Source: Chthoniobacterales bacterium (GTDB lineage: Bacteria > Verrucomicrobiota > Verrucomicrobiia > Chthoniobacterales > UBA10450). From it: DNA of 64,000 nt. The stretch lies in the NCBI GenBank assembly GCA_013815325.1, contig JACDGM010000003.1, positions 12,375 through 76,374 of the forward strand, written 5' to 3'. The notes below the pieces were generated by a model. It saw only the letters and a list, made by a program, of their open reading frames with translations. It was not told the origin of the DNA and searched no databases. Positions 48,445 to 60,048 of this stretch are shown here, piece after piece (position 1 is the stretch's first letter; every line of letters begins with the position of its first letter). The position numbers and the translations under genes are program-made.

Positions 48445-50498
48445 CTAAGGCACGCTGTGCCCGACCGCGCCGAGCACCAACTTCACGTCCCCGGAGTTGA
48501 CCGCGCCATCCACGCGCACGTCTTCGCGAAAGTTCGCGCTCATCACCGGCATTCCGACCTCGCTTTTCGTTAGGTTCACGTCCGTGGTGTCGACGGTCTT
48601 GTCGCCGTTCGTGTCCCCGCTGAGCACATTCATGCTCACGGAAGTATCGGCGAGCACTTGCGCAGCGTTGTTCGTGACGCCGCTCAAGAGCACCGTTAAT
48701 TTCTGTACGTCGCTCACTCTCGTTAGGCTGACCGTCATTGTGTTCCCGGAGAAGCTCGTCCCCGAGACGCGGCCACTGCCACTCGTTAGCCTGGCGTTGC
48801 CGCTCACGACACTGTCGCTGAAAGTGAAGAGGAGCGTTTCCTGGCTGCGGCTGCTGCGGCATTCCACCCCGGGGGCACCGCTCAGCGGCAGCGGAATACC
48901 GAAGGTTTGCGCTCCCTGCGTTTTGACCGAAGCCGCTGAGGTCAGCTGCAGCGTCTGCCCTTGGTTCACCGCCGCCAAAATATCCAGGCGGCCGTTGCCA
49001 AAGGTATTGTTAGGCGTGGCGGGCGGACCGGAGTCACAGCTGTTCGAGAGAATGTGATGAGCCGATGAGTTGAGCACCTCTTCCGTCGCCGGAATGTCGT
49101 TCTGCAATTCCGGATGCGCCGACCAAAGCAAGGCAACTGCTCCCGCGACATGCGGTGTGGCCATCGAGGTGCCGCTGAGGAAAGCGTAGGAGTTGGTCGA
49201 AGTGGAATAGCTCGAGCGGACATCGGTTCCTGGCGCCGCGAGATCGGGCTTCAGGCGCATGCTCCCATCCGCCGTGACGGGGCCACGGCTGCTGAAAGAG
49301 GCGATTGTATCAGTCCCGTTATTGAGGGCGCCGATCGAGTAAGCCGCATCGTAAATTCCCGGAGGATTCTGCACCGTCGAGCAGCTCGGACCCGAGTTTT
49401 GCGCGGCGACGACGCACATGATCCCTGCCGCGCGTTGCGCTTCGACGGTCGCTTGCAAAGTGGTCGCGGAGCAACCTTCAGTCGAAGGGCATTCCCAGGA
49501 ATTCGTCGTTATATCCGGAGCCTTGCTCGGATCGCCTTGCGCCGGCGTGCCGTTCACGCGGTAGGGAGCGAGAAAGAATTCGAAGCACTCCATGTAACTC
49601 GCGGGAGTGCCCACGCCTTGGTTCATGTTGCGGCACCCGATGCATTTCGCGCCCGACGCCATGCCGATCTGATTCCCGCCGCCGTCGTCGCCGATGCTCG
49701 TGCCCATGGTGTGGGTGCCGTGGCCGTTGTCGTCGCACGGCTGCGGAGAATTCGGTCCGCAAACTCCCCCGCCCGAATGCACGCTATCGTGCCAGTTATA
49801 GTCGTGACTTGCCGTGCTCGCGTTCCAACCGCGGTAATGAGGCTTGATCGCATTGTGATCCCAGCGGAATCCCGTGTCGCCGTCGGCCACGACAATTCCC
49901 TGGCCGGTAAATCCCATCGCCCAAACATCCGGTGCGTGCGTGTAAGCGATCCCTTGCTCGATCGTTGCCGGGCTATCAGTTCCGGGCTCCGGAGCCACGA
50001 CAGCCGGAAGCGGATGGGATAATTGCGGACCTCCGGGTTGCCTTCCACACGCGAGACGTCGGGGCGTTCCGCCAAAGCCATCACGTCTTCAGCGCGGCCC
50101 TTTACCCAGATCGCATTGACGATGTAGAACGACCGGTGCTCAAGCTTGCGCTCGTCGAGCATTTTCAGAATCGGCCCCTGCGTGGACTGGCTCTTATTCC
50201 ACAGCGCCTCGCGAACGAAGTGTCCCTTTTCGGATTTGGTTTTCAAGGCCGCCGCGCCGCTCAAGTCCGCTTGATCGCCCAGCACAATAATAAACTCCGC
50301 CTGCTTGCCGTCCTCCGTGTGCGCGCTCACCCATGATGCAATCTTGCGTTCCGCCGCGAGCTGTTGCGGACCCTTCGGACCGCTGATCGCCCGCGACGAC
50401 GCGACTGCGCCGAGCGCTGCCGCGAGAGCCGCGGCGAAGAGGAAGCTGCAAGCGATCCCGCGCAGCGGAGTAGACGTGGAAGTACGAGGATGTTTCAT
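48445..50498 (-). CDS. Secreted subtilisin-like (S8) protease with I9 propeptide and dockerin-like C-terminal repeat; frame broken between about 50010 and 50090
   Basis: The propeptide ORF is 49623..50498 (FIIVLGDQADL...FYIVNAIWVKG). The catalytic ORF is 48445..49998 (VVADGDTG, HGTHTMGT, GTSMATPHVAG; GDTNGDKTVDTTDV) and is in a different frame. Total length 2054 nt is 3n+2. Confidence 0.75.
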
Positions 50499-50564
50499 AG
50501 CTGTGCGAAGGTGGTAGCGACTCGCCCTGTGCAGGGCAAGCTAATGTCTCCGGTCCTGCTCCTA

Positions 50565-50586
50565 ATCGTGATCGTGATCGTGATCG
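50565..50586. repeat. Hexanucleotide microsatellite (ATCGTG)3-4 containing four GATC sites
   Basis: AATCGTGATCGTGATCGTGATCGAAG lies in the divergent region between the S8 protease and purE. Confidence 0.7.
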
Positions 50587-50666
50587 AAGACGAAGAGGAC
50601 GAACAAACCTCATTGCAATTTTAGCGGCATCAAGAGAAGGGATGTGCTTCCTTCCAATTCGTTCTC

Positions 50667-51163
<497 letters not shown>

Positions 51164-51167
<4 letters not shown>

Positions 51168-52303
51168 CGGAAGCGAAACGCTTCCCGCCGGGCGCTACCA
51201 TTGGAATGATGGGCGGCGGACAATTAGGGCGGATGTTTGCGATGGCGGCGCGCCGCATGGGCTATCGCATCCACACTTTTTCTCCCGAGCCAGACGGGCC
51301 CGCGGCGCAGGTCTCCGATCGCGCGACGGTCGCGGATTACAACGACGAGACGGCCGTGCGGCGCTTCGCCGGAAAGATTGATCTGATCACGTTCGAGTTC
51401 GAAAACATTCCCACCGAAACCATCGAATGGGCTGCGCGGGAGTGTGTCGTTAGGCCGCGCGGGGAGATCCTGCACATCGCGCAAAACCGTCTGCGCGAAA
51501 AAGAATTTCTCGCCAGCTCAGGCTCACCGGTCGCGCCCTTCCGCCGCGTCGGCAGCGAGTCCAGCCTAACGAGTGCGCTCAAGGCGATCGGGCGACCTGC
51601 GATTTTGAAGGGCGCCGCCTTTGGCTACGACGGCAAAGGCCAGCAGCGCATTGACTCCAGCGACGACGCCGCGGTGATTTGGGCCGCCCGAGAAGATGAG
51701 GAATGCGTGCTCGAAGGCGTCGTAGAATTTGAAAAGGAACTCTCTGTGATCGTTGCCCGCGGGCTCTACGGCGAGACCGCAATTTTCCCGGTCTGCGAGA
51801 ACATCCATCGCGAACACATCCTCGACGTCACTCTTGCTCCCGCGCGTGTCGCTCCCGCTGTCGCGGCGGCCGCAAGCGAACTCGCCTCGGCGGTGGCGGA
51901 GAAGCTCGCCCTGATCGGGCTTCTCGCGGTCGAAATGTTTTTGCGCAGCGACGGGCAATTAATCATCAACGAGCTCGCCCCGCGGCCGCATAATTCCGGT
52001 CATTGGACGATCGAAGGTTGTGCGACGAGCCAGTTCGAGCAACACGTCCGCGCGGTCTGCGGAATGCCGTTAGGCGCGACCGATCTTCTCCGGCCTTCGG
52101 CGATGGTGAATCTGCTTGGCGACATTTGGAAAGGGGGCGAACCGAACTGGTCCGCCGCGCTCGCGGAGCAGAATGTGCGTCTGCACATCTACGGAAAACA
52201 TGAGCCGCGCGCGCGGCGCAAGATGGGTCACCTTTCGGCGCTCGCGAATACGGTTGAAGCGGCCGCGGCCGCGGCATTGCGCGCCCGCGCACGGCTCGGG
52301 TGA
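51164..52303 (+). CDS. purK: N5-carboxyaminoimidazole ribonucleotide synthase
   Basis: ATP-grasp protein with [16 protein letters not shown] overlap with purE. Confidence 0.9.
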
Positions 52304-53292
52304 AGACAGAAATCGAGCCCGCCCGCACGCCTAACGAGCGCATTGAGGCCATCTCCCGAGCGCTCGCATGTCTCCGTGCCGGTGAAGTGGTCGCCCTGCC
52401 GACCGAAACAGTTTACGGACTCGCCGCCGACGCGCTTTCGCCGGAAGCGGTCGTGAAGATTTTCGAAACGAAAGAGCGTCCGCGCTTCGATCCGCTCATC
52501 GTACACCTGCCGGAGCACGCGTGGCTGCCTCGCGTCTCGATAATCGGGGCGGACGCGACGGGTCTGGTGGAAAAGTTGATCGAGAACTTCTGGCCCGGTC
52601 CCCTAACGATCCTCCTCCCGAAGACCAATTTGATTCCCGACATCGTGACTGCCGGCCTAACGACGGTGGCCGTGCGTATGAGCGCGCATCCGGTTTTCTC
52701 CGCAGTCGTGCGCGAATTTGATCGTCCTTTAGCCGCTCCGAGTGCCAATCGCTTCGGTCGGATCAGCCCGACCTCAGCGACGCACGTTTTCGAAGAGTTG
52801 TCGGGGCGTATCCCGCTCATCGTGGATGGCGGAGCCGCCGATCACGGCGTTGAGTCAACGATCGTTTCCGTGCAGAAAAATCGCCTAACGATTCTGCGTG
52901 AGGGCCCCGTCACCCGCGAGCAACTGGCGGAGTTTGCGGAAGTGAATTGGGGAACAGAAAACAAAGCGCGACCGGAAGCGCCAGGAGGTTTGCCGTCGCA
53001 TTACGCACCGCGCACTCCGCTCACGGTCGTCGATGACATCTCTGCCGTCACCGTCCCGCATGGCCAGCGCTATGGCGCGCTCCTTTGGAGCAGCGCGCCC
53101 TTTCCCCGGACCTTTGTGGAGTCGCGGCGACTCAGCACGACGAGCGATCTGCGCGAAGCGGCGGCGAATCTATTTCGGGAGCTGCGCGAGCTCGATCGCG
53201 CCGGGCTCGAATGCATCGTGGCGGAAGCAACTCCTGAGAGCGGTCTCGGCGCGGCGATTATGGATCGCCTCCGCCGCGCCGCGCATCGTTAG
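52300..53292 (+). CDS. tsaC: L-threonylcarbamoyladenylate synthase (YrdC + Sua5 domains)
   Basis: VVALPTETVYGLAADA, SANRFGRISPT. 330 aa including the Sua5-type C-terminal domain. The GTG start overlaps the purK stop. Confidence 0.85.
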   Translation: MKTEIEPARTPNERIEAISRALACLRAGEVVALPTETVYGLAADALSPEAVVKIFETKERPRFDPLIVHLPEHAWLPRVSIIGADATGLVEKLIENFWPGPLTILLPKTNLIPDIVTAGLTTVAVRMSAHPVFSAVVREFDRPLAAPSANRFGRISPTSATHVFEELSGRIPLIVDGGAADHGVESTIVSVQKNRLTILREGPVTREQLAEFAEVNWGTENKARPEAPGGLPSHYAPRTPLTVVDDISAVTVPHGQRYGALLWSSAPFPRTFVESRRLSTTSDLREAAANLFRELRELDRAGLECIVAEATPESGLGAAIMDRLRRAAHR

Positions 53293-53310
53293 GCGACTTG
53301 CCGCACCGCA

Positions 53311-53433
53311 TTGTCATCCTGAGCCGCGAAGACGGCGAAGGACCTCACAAGCGTCTTTGTGCGTTAGGAGCAAATCACAATCTGAAGTGGCCTGCGAGAT
53401 CCTTCGCTGCGCTACGCCGGCTCAGGATGACAA
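53311..53433. repeat. Inverted-repeat element, family 2 (GTCATCCTGAGC... type)
   Basis: TTGTCATCCTGAGCCGCGAAGACGGCGAAGGACCTC faces GAGATCCTTCGCTGCGCTACGCCGGCTCAGGATGACAA. Confidence 0.75.
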
Positions 53434-53480
53434 ATCACGAAGGGCAGCGGCAATAAAGAGGAGGACCGACTCGTTAGGCA

Positions 53481-55079
53481 CTAATCCTGGTGCGCCAGAC
53501 AAGCCCGGATGAAGCCGCTGAAAAGCGGATGCGGCTTGTTCGGCTTGCTCTGGAATTCCGGGTGATACTGGCAGGCCAAAAACCAGGGGTGATCCCGCAG
53601 CTCGATCAACTCCGCGAGCGATCCATCAGGCGAAGTGCCGCTAATGAGAAAGCCTTTTTCCTCCATCTGCTCCCGATATTTCATGTTGAACTCATAGCGG
53701 TGCCGATGCCGCTCGAGCACTTCGTCGTTCCCGTAAATTTTCTGCGCCAGCGTATCCTGCACGATCTTTGTCGGCCAGGTCCCGAGCCGCATACTTCCGC
53801 CTTTCTTGCGGATCTTCCGTTGCTCATCGAGCAGGCAAATCACCGGCTCAGCGGTATCCTTGTCGAACTCGATGCTATTCGCCTCTGCGATGCCGCAGAC
53901 GTTTCTCGCGAACTCGATCGTCGCCACTTGCATGCCGAGGCAGAGGCCGAGAAACGGCACGTTCTTCTCGCGCGCGAATTGCGCCGCCAGAATTTTTCCT
54001 TCGACCCCGCGCTCGCCAAACCCGCCCGGGATAAGCACGCCGGCCACATCTTTGAGGTGACCATCCACGCCACCCCCGAGCGATTCGGCATCGATCAGGC
54101 GCAGATCAATCCCGCAATCGTGACTCGCGGCCGCGTGCGTGAGCGATTCGTAAATGCTTTTGTAAGCATCCTGCAGCTCAATGTATTTGCCGACGACCGC
54201 GATCTTCACCTGCTTTTTCGGATTGATGACACGGCTCACAAATTTCCGCCAATCCGTTAGGTCGGGCACTGGCGCGTCGATGTGCAGCAGCTCGCAGACG
54301 AGCGCGTCGAGTCCTTCTTCATGCAACATCAGCGGCATCTCGTAGATCGTGTGCGGCACGTCGCGCGCCTCGATCACCGCATTCAGGCCGACGTTGCAAA
54401 ACATCGAAAGCTTTTGCCTGACATCGTCGTCGAGCGGGCGCTCCGTGCGGCAAATCAGGACCTGCGGTTGCAGACCGATCTCGCGCAACTTGGCGATGCT
54501 CTGCTGCGTCGGCTTGGTCTTGAGCTCGCCCGCCGCGCGGATAAAGGGAATGAGCGTGACGTGCATGTTGACGACGTTTTGCGGCCCGACTTCGAGGATG
54601 AATTGCCGGATCGCTTCGAGAAACGGCAGACCTTCTATGTCGCCCGTGGTCCCGCCAATTTCCGTGATGACGATGTCGACTTTTTTCGGGTCGGCCACCT
54701 GGCGGATGCGGGCCTTGATCTCGTCTGTGACGTGCGGGATGACCTGGACGGTTTTGCCGAGGTAATCACCGCGGCGTTCTTTCAAAATGACGCTCTCGTA
54801 AACCTGTCCGCTCGTTAGATTGTTGTTCCGTGAGAGGACGCAGTTGGTAAAGCGCTCGTAGTGGCCGAGGTCGAGATCGGTCTCTGCGCCGTCATTGAGG
54901 ACATAAACTTCACCGTGTTGAAACGGGTTCATCGTGCCCGGATCGACGTTAAGATAAGGATCGAATTTTTGCAGCACGACGCGCTGGCCGCGCAGCTCGA
55001 GCAAAGTGCCGAGAGAAGCGCCGGCAAGACCTTTGCCTAACGAACTGACCACGCCACCTGTTACAAAAATATATTTCAT
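53481..55079 (-). CDS. pyrG: CTP synthase
   Basis: MKYIFVTGGVVSSLGKG; GATase GLCLGMQ; 532 aa. Confidence 0.95.
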   Translation of the reverse strand: MKYIFVTGGVVSSLGKGLAGASLGTLLELRGQRVVLQKFDPYLNVDPGTMNPFQHGEVYVLNDGAETDLDLGHYERFTNCVLSRNNNLTSGQVYESVILKERRGDYLGKTVQVIPHVTDEIKARIRQVADPKKVDIVITEIGGTTGDIEGLPFLEAIRQFILEVGPQNVVNMHVTLIPFIRAAGELKTKPTQQSIAKLREIGLQPQVLICRTERPLDDDVRQKLSMFCNVGLNAVIEARDVPHTIYEMPLMLHEEGLDALVCELLHIDAPVPDLTDWRKFVSRVINPKKQVKIAVVGKYIELQDAYKSIYESLTHAAASHDCGIDLRLIDAESLGGGVDGHLKDVAGVLIPGGFGERGVEGKILAAQFAREKNVPFLGLCLGMQVATIEFARNVCGIAEANSIEFDKDTAEPVICLLDEQRKIRKKGGSMRLGTWPTKIVQDTLAQKIYGNDEVLERHRHRYEFNMKYREQMEEKGFLISGTSPDGSLAELIELRDHPWFLACQYHPEFQSKPNKPHPLFSGFIRACLAHQD

Positions 55080-55834
55080 GGAAGAAAATCGATCGGACGT
55101 GCGGCCGGCGGAGCAACGAGGAGGAGGCGTTCGATCGCCCGGGCCTCTGCCGGCGTGTCGACTCCCGGAGAGCCGCCTTTGGTCACGACCACGTGAATCT
55201 TTACGCCATTCTGTAGCGCGCGCAATTGTTCCAACCCTTCCGCCTTTTCGAGCGGCGACGGCCGCCAGCGGACGAAACGCAAGAGTAACTCACGGCGGTA
55301 CCCGTAGATGCCTTGATGGCGAAAATAAGCGGCCCTTTCACGAGCGAAGGGGATCGGACTGCGGGAAAAATATAGCGCGCAATTTCGCCGGTCGAGGACA
55401 GTTTTGACCTGGTGCGGCGACTGCGCGTCGGCCGCATTCTCGAATGGATGAACGGCGGTGATCATCTCAATTTGCGGATCGCGCTGCATTTGCCTAACGA
55501 GGCGATCGATCAGCTTTGGGTCAATCAGCGGCTCGTCGCCCTGGATGTTGATGAAGTGCGGAACATCCCGCAATTTTTTGGCCACCTCGGCGATTCGATC
55601 GGTCCCGCTGGTGTGCTTCGAACTCGTTAGGCTGACTTCCGCTCCCCAGTCGAAAGCCGCTTCAGCGATGCGCATGTCGTCGGTCGCGATAATGACGGAT
55701 GCGAGCGTCTTCGCACGGCGGCAGCGGTCCCAGACGTGTTGAAGTAACGGCTTCCCTGCGATCCAATGGAGCGGCTTGCCCGGGAAACGGGTCGAGCCCC
55801 AACGCGCGGGAATGATGCCGGCGGTTTTCGTCAT
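55076..55834 (-). CDS. kdsB: 3-deoxy-manno-octulosonate cytidylyltransferase
   Basis: GIIPARWGSTRFPGKPL, NIQGDEP. Confidence 0.88.
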   Translation of the reverse strand: MTKTAGIIPARWGSTRFPGKPLHWIAGKPLLQHVWDRCRRAKTLASVIIATDDMRIAEAAFDWGAEVSLTSSKHTSGTDRIAEVAKKLRDVPHFINIQGDEPLIDPKLIDRLVRQMQRDPQIEMITAVHPFENAADAQSPHQVKTVLDRRNCALYFSRSPIPFARERAAYFRHQGIYGYRRELLLRFVRWRPSPLEKAEGLEQLRALQNGVKIHVVVTKGGSPGVDTPAEARAIERLLLVAPPAARPIDFLP

Positions 55835-55924
55835 GGGCGGCAGCCTAACAGGGCAGGGCCACGCTTTCCAACGGACCGGGCAGTCTCGCGCCCTATTCTG
55901 GACGCATGTCCAGTTTCCCTATTC

Positions 55925-56470
55925 CTACTCGTGTAAGCCGAGAATGATCTCGGCCGCTGCGGACAGATCTTCCGCCATCCAGTTCGGCGCGGCGTGGCTC
56001 TCCCTAGCGCCGTAACCGGTTCTCACCAGAATCGTGCGCACTCCAGCATTACGTCCGCATTCGATGTCGATCGCTTTGTCTCCGATGAAAAAGCAACGCG
56101 CCAGGTCAAGATCGTGATCACGTTGCGCTTCCAGCACCATGCCCGGCGCAGGCTTGCGCCGATCTGTCGCGAGATCAGGCCGATCAGCACAAAAGTAAAC
56201 GGCGTCGAAAGTTGCGGGCAGAACCGCGCGCGCGACTTCCGCTTCCACGAGGCGGTATTGCGCTTCAGTGAAATACCCGCGCCCGATACCCGCCTGATTC
56301 GAGATGACAATGAGCCTGTAACCTTTCGCCCTTAGCCGTTGCAGGGCTTCGGGAACACCGGGAAAAATCTCCACCGCTCTCGGGTCGGCGCAGTAATTGA
56401 CCTCGCGCATCAGTGTCCCGTCGCGGTCGAGAAAAACCGCCGCCGCGGATTCGTTAGGCGCCATTATCAT
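55925..56470 (-). CDS. gmhB: D-glycero-D-manno-heptose 1,7-bisphosphate phosphatase (HAD-IIIA)
   Basis: AVFLDRDGTL, ISNQAGIGRG, FIGDKAIDIECG. Confidence 0.8.
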   Translation of the reverse strand: MIMAPNESAAAVFLDRDGTLMREVNYCADPRAVEIFPGVPEALQRLRAKGYRLIVISNQAGIGRGYFTEAQYRLVEAEVARAVLPATFDAVYFCADRPDLATDRRKPAPGMVLEAQRDHDLDLARCFFIGDKAIDIECGRNAGVRTILVRTGYGARESHAAPNWMAEDLSAAAEIILGLHE

Positions 56471-57464
56471 CCTCGAAACTGGCGATCAACTCCGCCGGTG
56501 TGACCGTAGCCGTGCCTAGTTTCGCCACCACCACTGCGCTAGCGTGATTGGCAATCTCCGCCGCTTCGAACGGGGACGCGTCGCAGCAAAGCGCCAACGT
56601 AAAAAGCGCGATCGCGGTATCGCCCGCGCCCGAAACGTCAAAGACCTGTCGCGCCTTCGTGGGGATATGGTGCGGCGGCTCTCCACGTTCGAAGAGCATC
56701 ATCCCTTGCTCGCCTAACGTGATTAACAAGAGCCGGGTGTCCCAAATTTCGAGCAGCTTCGCGCCGGCTTCGAGCAGCGCGGCGTCATCCTGCGGCGGAT
56801 CAACCGGATCGGTCGCAGGAAGACCCGCCGCCTGCAACGCTTCGCTCCGGTTGGGTTTAATCGCGGTGATGTTCTTCCAAGGAAGCGACTGGCGCGGATT
56901 AGGATCGGCGGTGACGATTTTCGCGGCGGCGTTGATCTGGGCGGAGAGTTGCCTGACGAGATCGGCACTGAGAAAACCCTTGCCGTAATCTTCGAAAATA
57001 ACGGCGTCCAATTCCGGCAGAATGGCGCGGAGGCTGAGCGAGATTTTGTCAATCTGCGATGGCGTCGGCTCGCGAAATCGCTCGCGATCGACTCGCACCA
57101 CTTGTTGATGCCGGGCCACAATCCGCGTCTTCACGATCGTGCGGAAATCGGGATCCTGGAGCACGAGCGCGGTATCGATTCTCCGCTCTCGCAAAAGCCC
57201 GAGCAGCTGTTCTCCCCCCGCGTCGAGGCCGACCGTGCCGATAACCGCGACGCCCTCGATGAACTCCCGCAGATTGCGCGCGACATTGGAGGCGCCGCCG
57301 GGGTAGGAAGATTCACCTGTCACCTCGACCACCGGCACCGGCGCTTCGGGTGAGATGCGCCCGACTTTGCCCCAAACAAACTCATCGAGCATGAGGTCGC
57401 CCACCACCGTGACGCGTTTGCCGGCGGCACGTGCGAGGATCTCATGCAAGCGTTCCAGTTTCAT
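56454..57464 (-). CDS. hldA: D-glycero-D-manno-heptose-7-phosphate kinase (RfaE domain I, PfkB family)
   Basis: VTVVGDLMLDEFVWGKVGRISPEAPVPVV; DVSGAGDT. Confidence 0.8.
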   Translation of the reverse strand: MKLERLHEILARAAGKRVTVVGDLMLDEFVWGKVGRISPEAPVPVVEVTGESSYPGGASNVARNLREFIEGVAVIGTVGLDAGGEQLLGLLRERRIDTALVLQDPDFRTIVKTRIVARHQQVVRVDRERFREPTPSQIDKISLSLRAILPELDAVIFEDYGKGFLSADLVRQLSAQINAAAKIVTADPNPRQSLPWKNITAIKPNRSEALQAAGLPATDPVDPPQDDAALLEAGAKLLEIWDTRLLLITLGEQGMMLFERGEPPHHIPTKARQVFDVSGAGDTAIALFTLALCCDASPFEAAEIANHASAVVVAKLGTATVTPAELIASFEDDNGA

Positions 57465-57631
57465 AAGAAGCGACCTCCGCCCGGCTACCGCGCGGGCAAT
57501 GCCGCCGCCGAAAGGGTTTGCCGCGATTCCAGATCACTGCAAGGTATCGCGATTTGTGCGGCTGAAACGTTCTGCATAAACTAGCCAACTAATCCTGAAT
57601 ACCTTGTTGAAATCAATAGTCGAAGCCGCGG

Positions 57632-58426
57632 ATGAGATCTTTCTTTAACCTTTTTTTAGCTGGCATTTGGGTAGCGAGCGTGGTCCAGGCGAAGGCGGCG
57701 GATGCTCCGCGGCGCATCGATGTGAAACGGCTTTCCAAGACGATCGAGGACGTGGTTGTGCCTTTGCCTAACGAAATCTTCGGAGCGCTGAACAAGCTCG
57801 ACAGCGTGAACTGGAAGGAGTTCGTGCGCACGGACAAAGGAAGCAATTTTACGGAGCGCCCGCGCATCGCGCTGCTTCTCGGGGCGACAATCGCGGACGG
57901 CTTCATCGCGGTCCAGGCCGAGGACGCTCCGAGCGTGAAGGAGATCGGCCAGCGGGTGGTGAACCTGGCCAAGGGCATCGGCGTCGGCAACTCGATTGTG
58001 CCTCACGCCAAGGCGATCACCGAGGCAGCGGATCGGCGCGATTGGAACGGCGTGCGGCAGGAGCTGGATCGCACGCAGAACAGTGTGCAACAGGCGATGA
58101 ATGAAGTGCACGACGAAAAGCTTTCGCAGCTCGTTAGTCTGGGCGGCTGGCTGCGCGGGACGCAGGTCCTCACCTCGGTGGTGGATCGGCATTTCTCTGC
58201 CGACGGCGCGGAGCTGCTGCATCAGCCGGACCTGCTGGAATATTTCCAGCGCAAACTGGCGAACATGCCGGAGTTCAATGTTCCTTTACTGGGCCAGATT
58301 CGAAATTCTCTTGTGGAAGTGAAACCGCTGATCGAGGCCCAGAGTCCGATTTCCGCGGCCTCGGTGAAGAAAATCCACCAGATCACGAGCCGGCTGGACG
58401 AGAGGATTGTAACTCGGACGCCATGA
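57632..58426 (+). CDS. Secreted hypothetical protein
   Basis: Signal peptide MRSFFNLFLAGIWVASVVQAKA. No family recognised. Coupled to the next ORF. Confidence 0.6.
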   Translation: MRSFFNLFLAGIWVASVVQAKAADAPRRIDVKRLSKTIEDVVVPLPNEIFGALNKLDSVNWKEFVRTDKGSNFTERPRIALLLGATIADGFIAVQAEDAPSVKEIGQRVVNLAKGIGVGNSIVPHAKAITEAADRRDWNGVRQELDRTQNSVQQAMNEVHDEKLSQLVSLGGWLRGTQVLTSVVDRHFSADGAELLHQPDLLEYFQRKLANMPEFNVPLLGQIRNSLVEVKPLIEAQSPISAASVKKIHQITSRLDERIVTRTP

Positions 58427-58884
58427 CTTCCATGCGCCCAGATGTTTCCACGACGCGCCGCGTCGCCTTTCTTTTTGCGGCGGCCCTGGCGCTGCAGGTT
58501 GCGGCTTCGCGTGCCTCGGTCGATGACGCGCATTCCTTCGCGCTGGAATCGGCCGAGCCTTATGTCAAAGAAGGCTACCAGGTGCGCGAGGACTATTGGG
58601 GGGGCGACCTCGGAGTGGGCGAGAAAAAGGCGGTTCGGCAGCAGTTATTCAAAGGAAACGAATACTGGTTCTGGATGGGAACCGAAGTGGAGCGGGCAAA
58701 GGTCTCCGTGCATATCTACGACGCGGACGGCAAGCTGGCCGAGCAGACCGACAGTTGGCAGAAAGGCCACTTCGCCGCGGCGCATCTCGTTCCGAAAAGT
58801 ACGGGCAGTTATTTCGTGATCGTGGCGGTGGATAGCTCGCCAGAGGAGCGCACGCACTGGGCGCTGGTTTACGGGTTTAAGTAG
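58423..58884 (+). CDS. Secreted hypothetical protein
   Basis: Signal-like RRVAFLFAAALALQVAASRA. The ATGA start overlaps the upstream stop. Confidence 0.55.
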   Translation: MTSMRPDVSTTRRVAFLFAAALALQVAASRASVDDAHSFALESAEPYVKEGYQVREDYWGGDLGVGEKKAVRQQLFKGNEYWFWMGTEVERAKVSVHIYDADGKLAEQTDSWQKGHFAAAHLVPKSTGSYFVIVAVDSSPEERTHWALVYGFK

Positions 58885-58903
58885 GCTGCGGGGAAGAAGA
58901 GGA

Positions 58904-58988
58904 GCCACGGATTAAACACGGATGAAACGCAGATAAGCAGGGATCGCAGCCCTCTCTTATCTGTGTAAATCTGTGTCCATCTGTGGCC
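58904..58988. repeat. Low-complexity hairpin, family 3
   Basis: GCCACGGATTAAACACGGATGAAACGCAGATAAG faces CTTATCTGTGTAAATCTGTGTCCATCTGTGGC (imperfect). Confidence 0.65.
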
Positions 58989-59059
58989 CTTCCCAGCCCT
59001 CGAGGTTTGACACCTCCCCCCGGGGCACTATCCTGCGCGCCGGATGTTCCCGCGGCGAG

Positions 59060-60043
59060 ATGACTGAAACGCGCACGCTCCAATTTGAAAACGCGCGCGC
59101 CGTGCAGGCGCTCTACGCCAATGATCTCAAATTGCTCAAGAATCTCGAAGAATCGTTAGGCGTGAAAGTCACCACGCGCGACGGCTGGATCAAGGTCGAG
59201 GGCGAACCAGCGCAGATCGAGAAAGCGGAACGCGTTTTCACCGAGCTGGAGAACGCACGGCAACGTGGCACGGATATCCAGCGGCACGAATTTAATTATG
59301 CGCTTAACTCTGTGAACGAAGCCCGCGAAGACAATCTTGGCGACCTCGTCGCGACCAAGATCGTAACCTCGACCAGAAAACCGCCGATCGTCGCCCGCAC
59401 TTTAGGTCAGCGGCATTACCTCGAGGCCATCCAAACTCACGACATTGTATTCGGAATCGGCCCGGCGGGGACCGGCAAGACTTATCTCGCTGTTGCCATG
59501 GCGGTCTCGGCCTTGAAAAAAGAGCAGGTCGATCGCATCATCCTCACCCGGCCCGCAGTGGAGGCGGGCGAAGCGCTTGGATTTTTGCCGGGGGATTTGC
59601 AGCAAAAAATCACGCCTTATTTGCGCCCGCTCTACGATGCGCTGCACGATATGCTCGAGCCGGAAGAGCTGGAGCGTTTCGTCGCGCGCGAGACGATCGA
59701 GATCGCCCCGCTCGCTTACATGCGCGGCCGCACCTTGAGCAACGCCTTCGTCATTCTCGATGAAGCGCAAAACACCACGCGCGAACAAATGTTCATGTTC
59801 CTGACCCGCATCGGGCCGCGCTCCAAATGCGTCGTGACCGGCGATGGCACCCAGATCGATCTCCCGCCTAACAAACGCTCCGGACTGCTCGAAGCGCTCC
59901 AGGCACTCAAGGATGTGCCCGGGATCGGCTTCGCTTATTTCAACGATCGCGATGTCGTGAGGCACGAGCTCGTCCGCGCGATCATCAATGCCTATCAGTT
60001 ACACCGTTCGCCCGCCAATACGGGCGGCTCGGGCCGGAAATAG
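59060..60043 (+). CDS. phoH: PhoH-like ATPase
   Basis: Walker A GPAGTGKTYLAVAMAV, ILDEAQN. Start set at the ATG at 59060 (MTETRTLQF). Confidence 0.88.
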   Translation: MTETRTLQFENARAVQALYANDLKLLKNLEESLGVKVTTRDGWIKVEGEPAQIEKAERVFTELENARQRGTDIQRHEFNYALNSVNEAREDNLGDLVATKIVTSTRKPPIVARTLGQRHYLEAIQTHDIVFGIGPAGTGKTYLAVAMAVSALKKEQVDRIILTRPAVEAGEALGFLPGDLQQKITPYLRPLYDALHDMLEPEELERFVARETIEIAPLAYMRGRTLSNAFVILDEAQNTTREQMFMFLTRIGPRSKCVVTGDGTQIDLPPNKRSGLLEALQALKDVPGIGFAYFNDRDVVRHELVRAIINAYQLHRSPANTGGSGRK

Positions 60044-60048
60044 CACCG

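Noticed and set aside
47069-48862. 597-aa ORF on the minus strand, the longest unexplained ORF in the track
   Set aside because: It is entirely antisense to the clearly recognisable pilU gene and to the spacer. Its translation is Arg/Gly/Glu/Pro-rich low complexity with no motifs. This is a typical antisense shadow ORF of a GC-rich genome.
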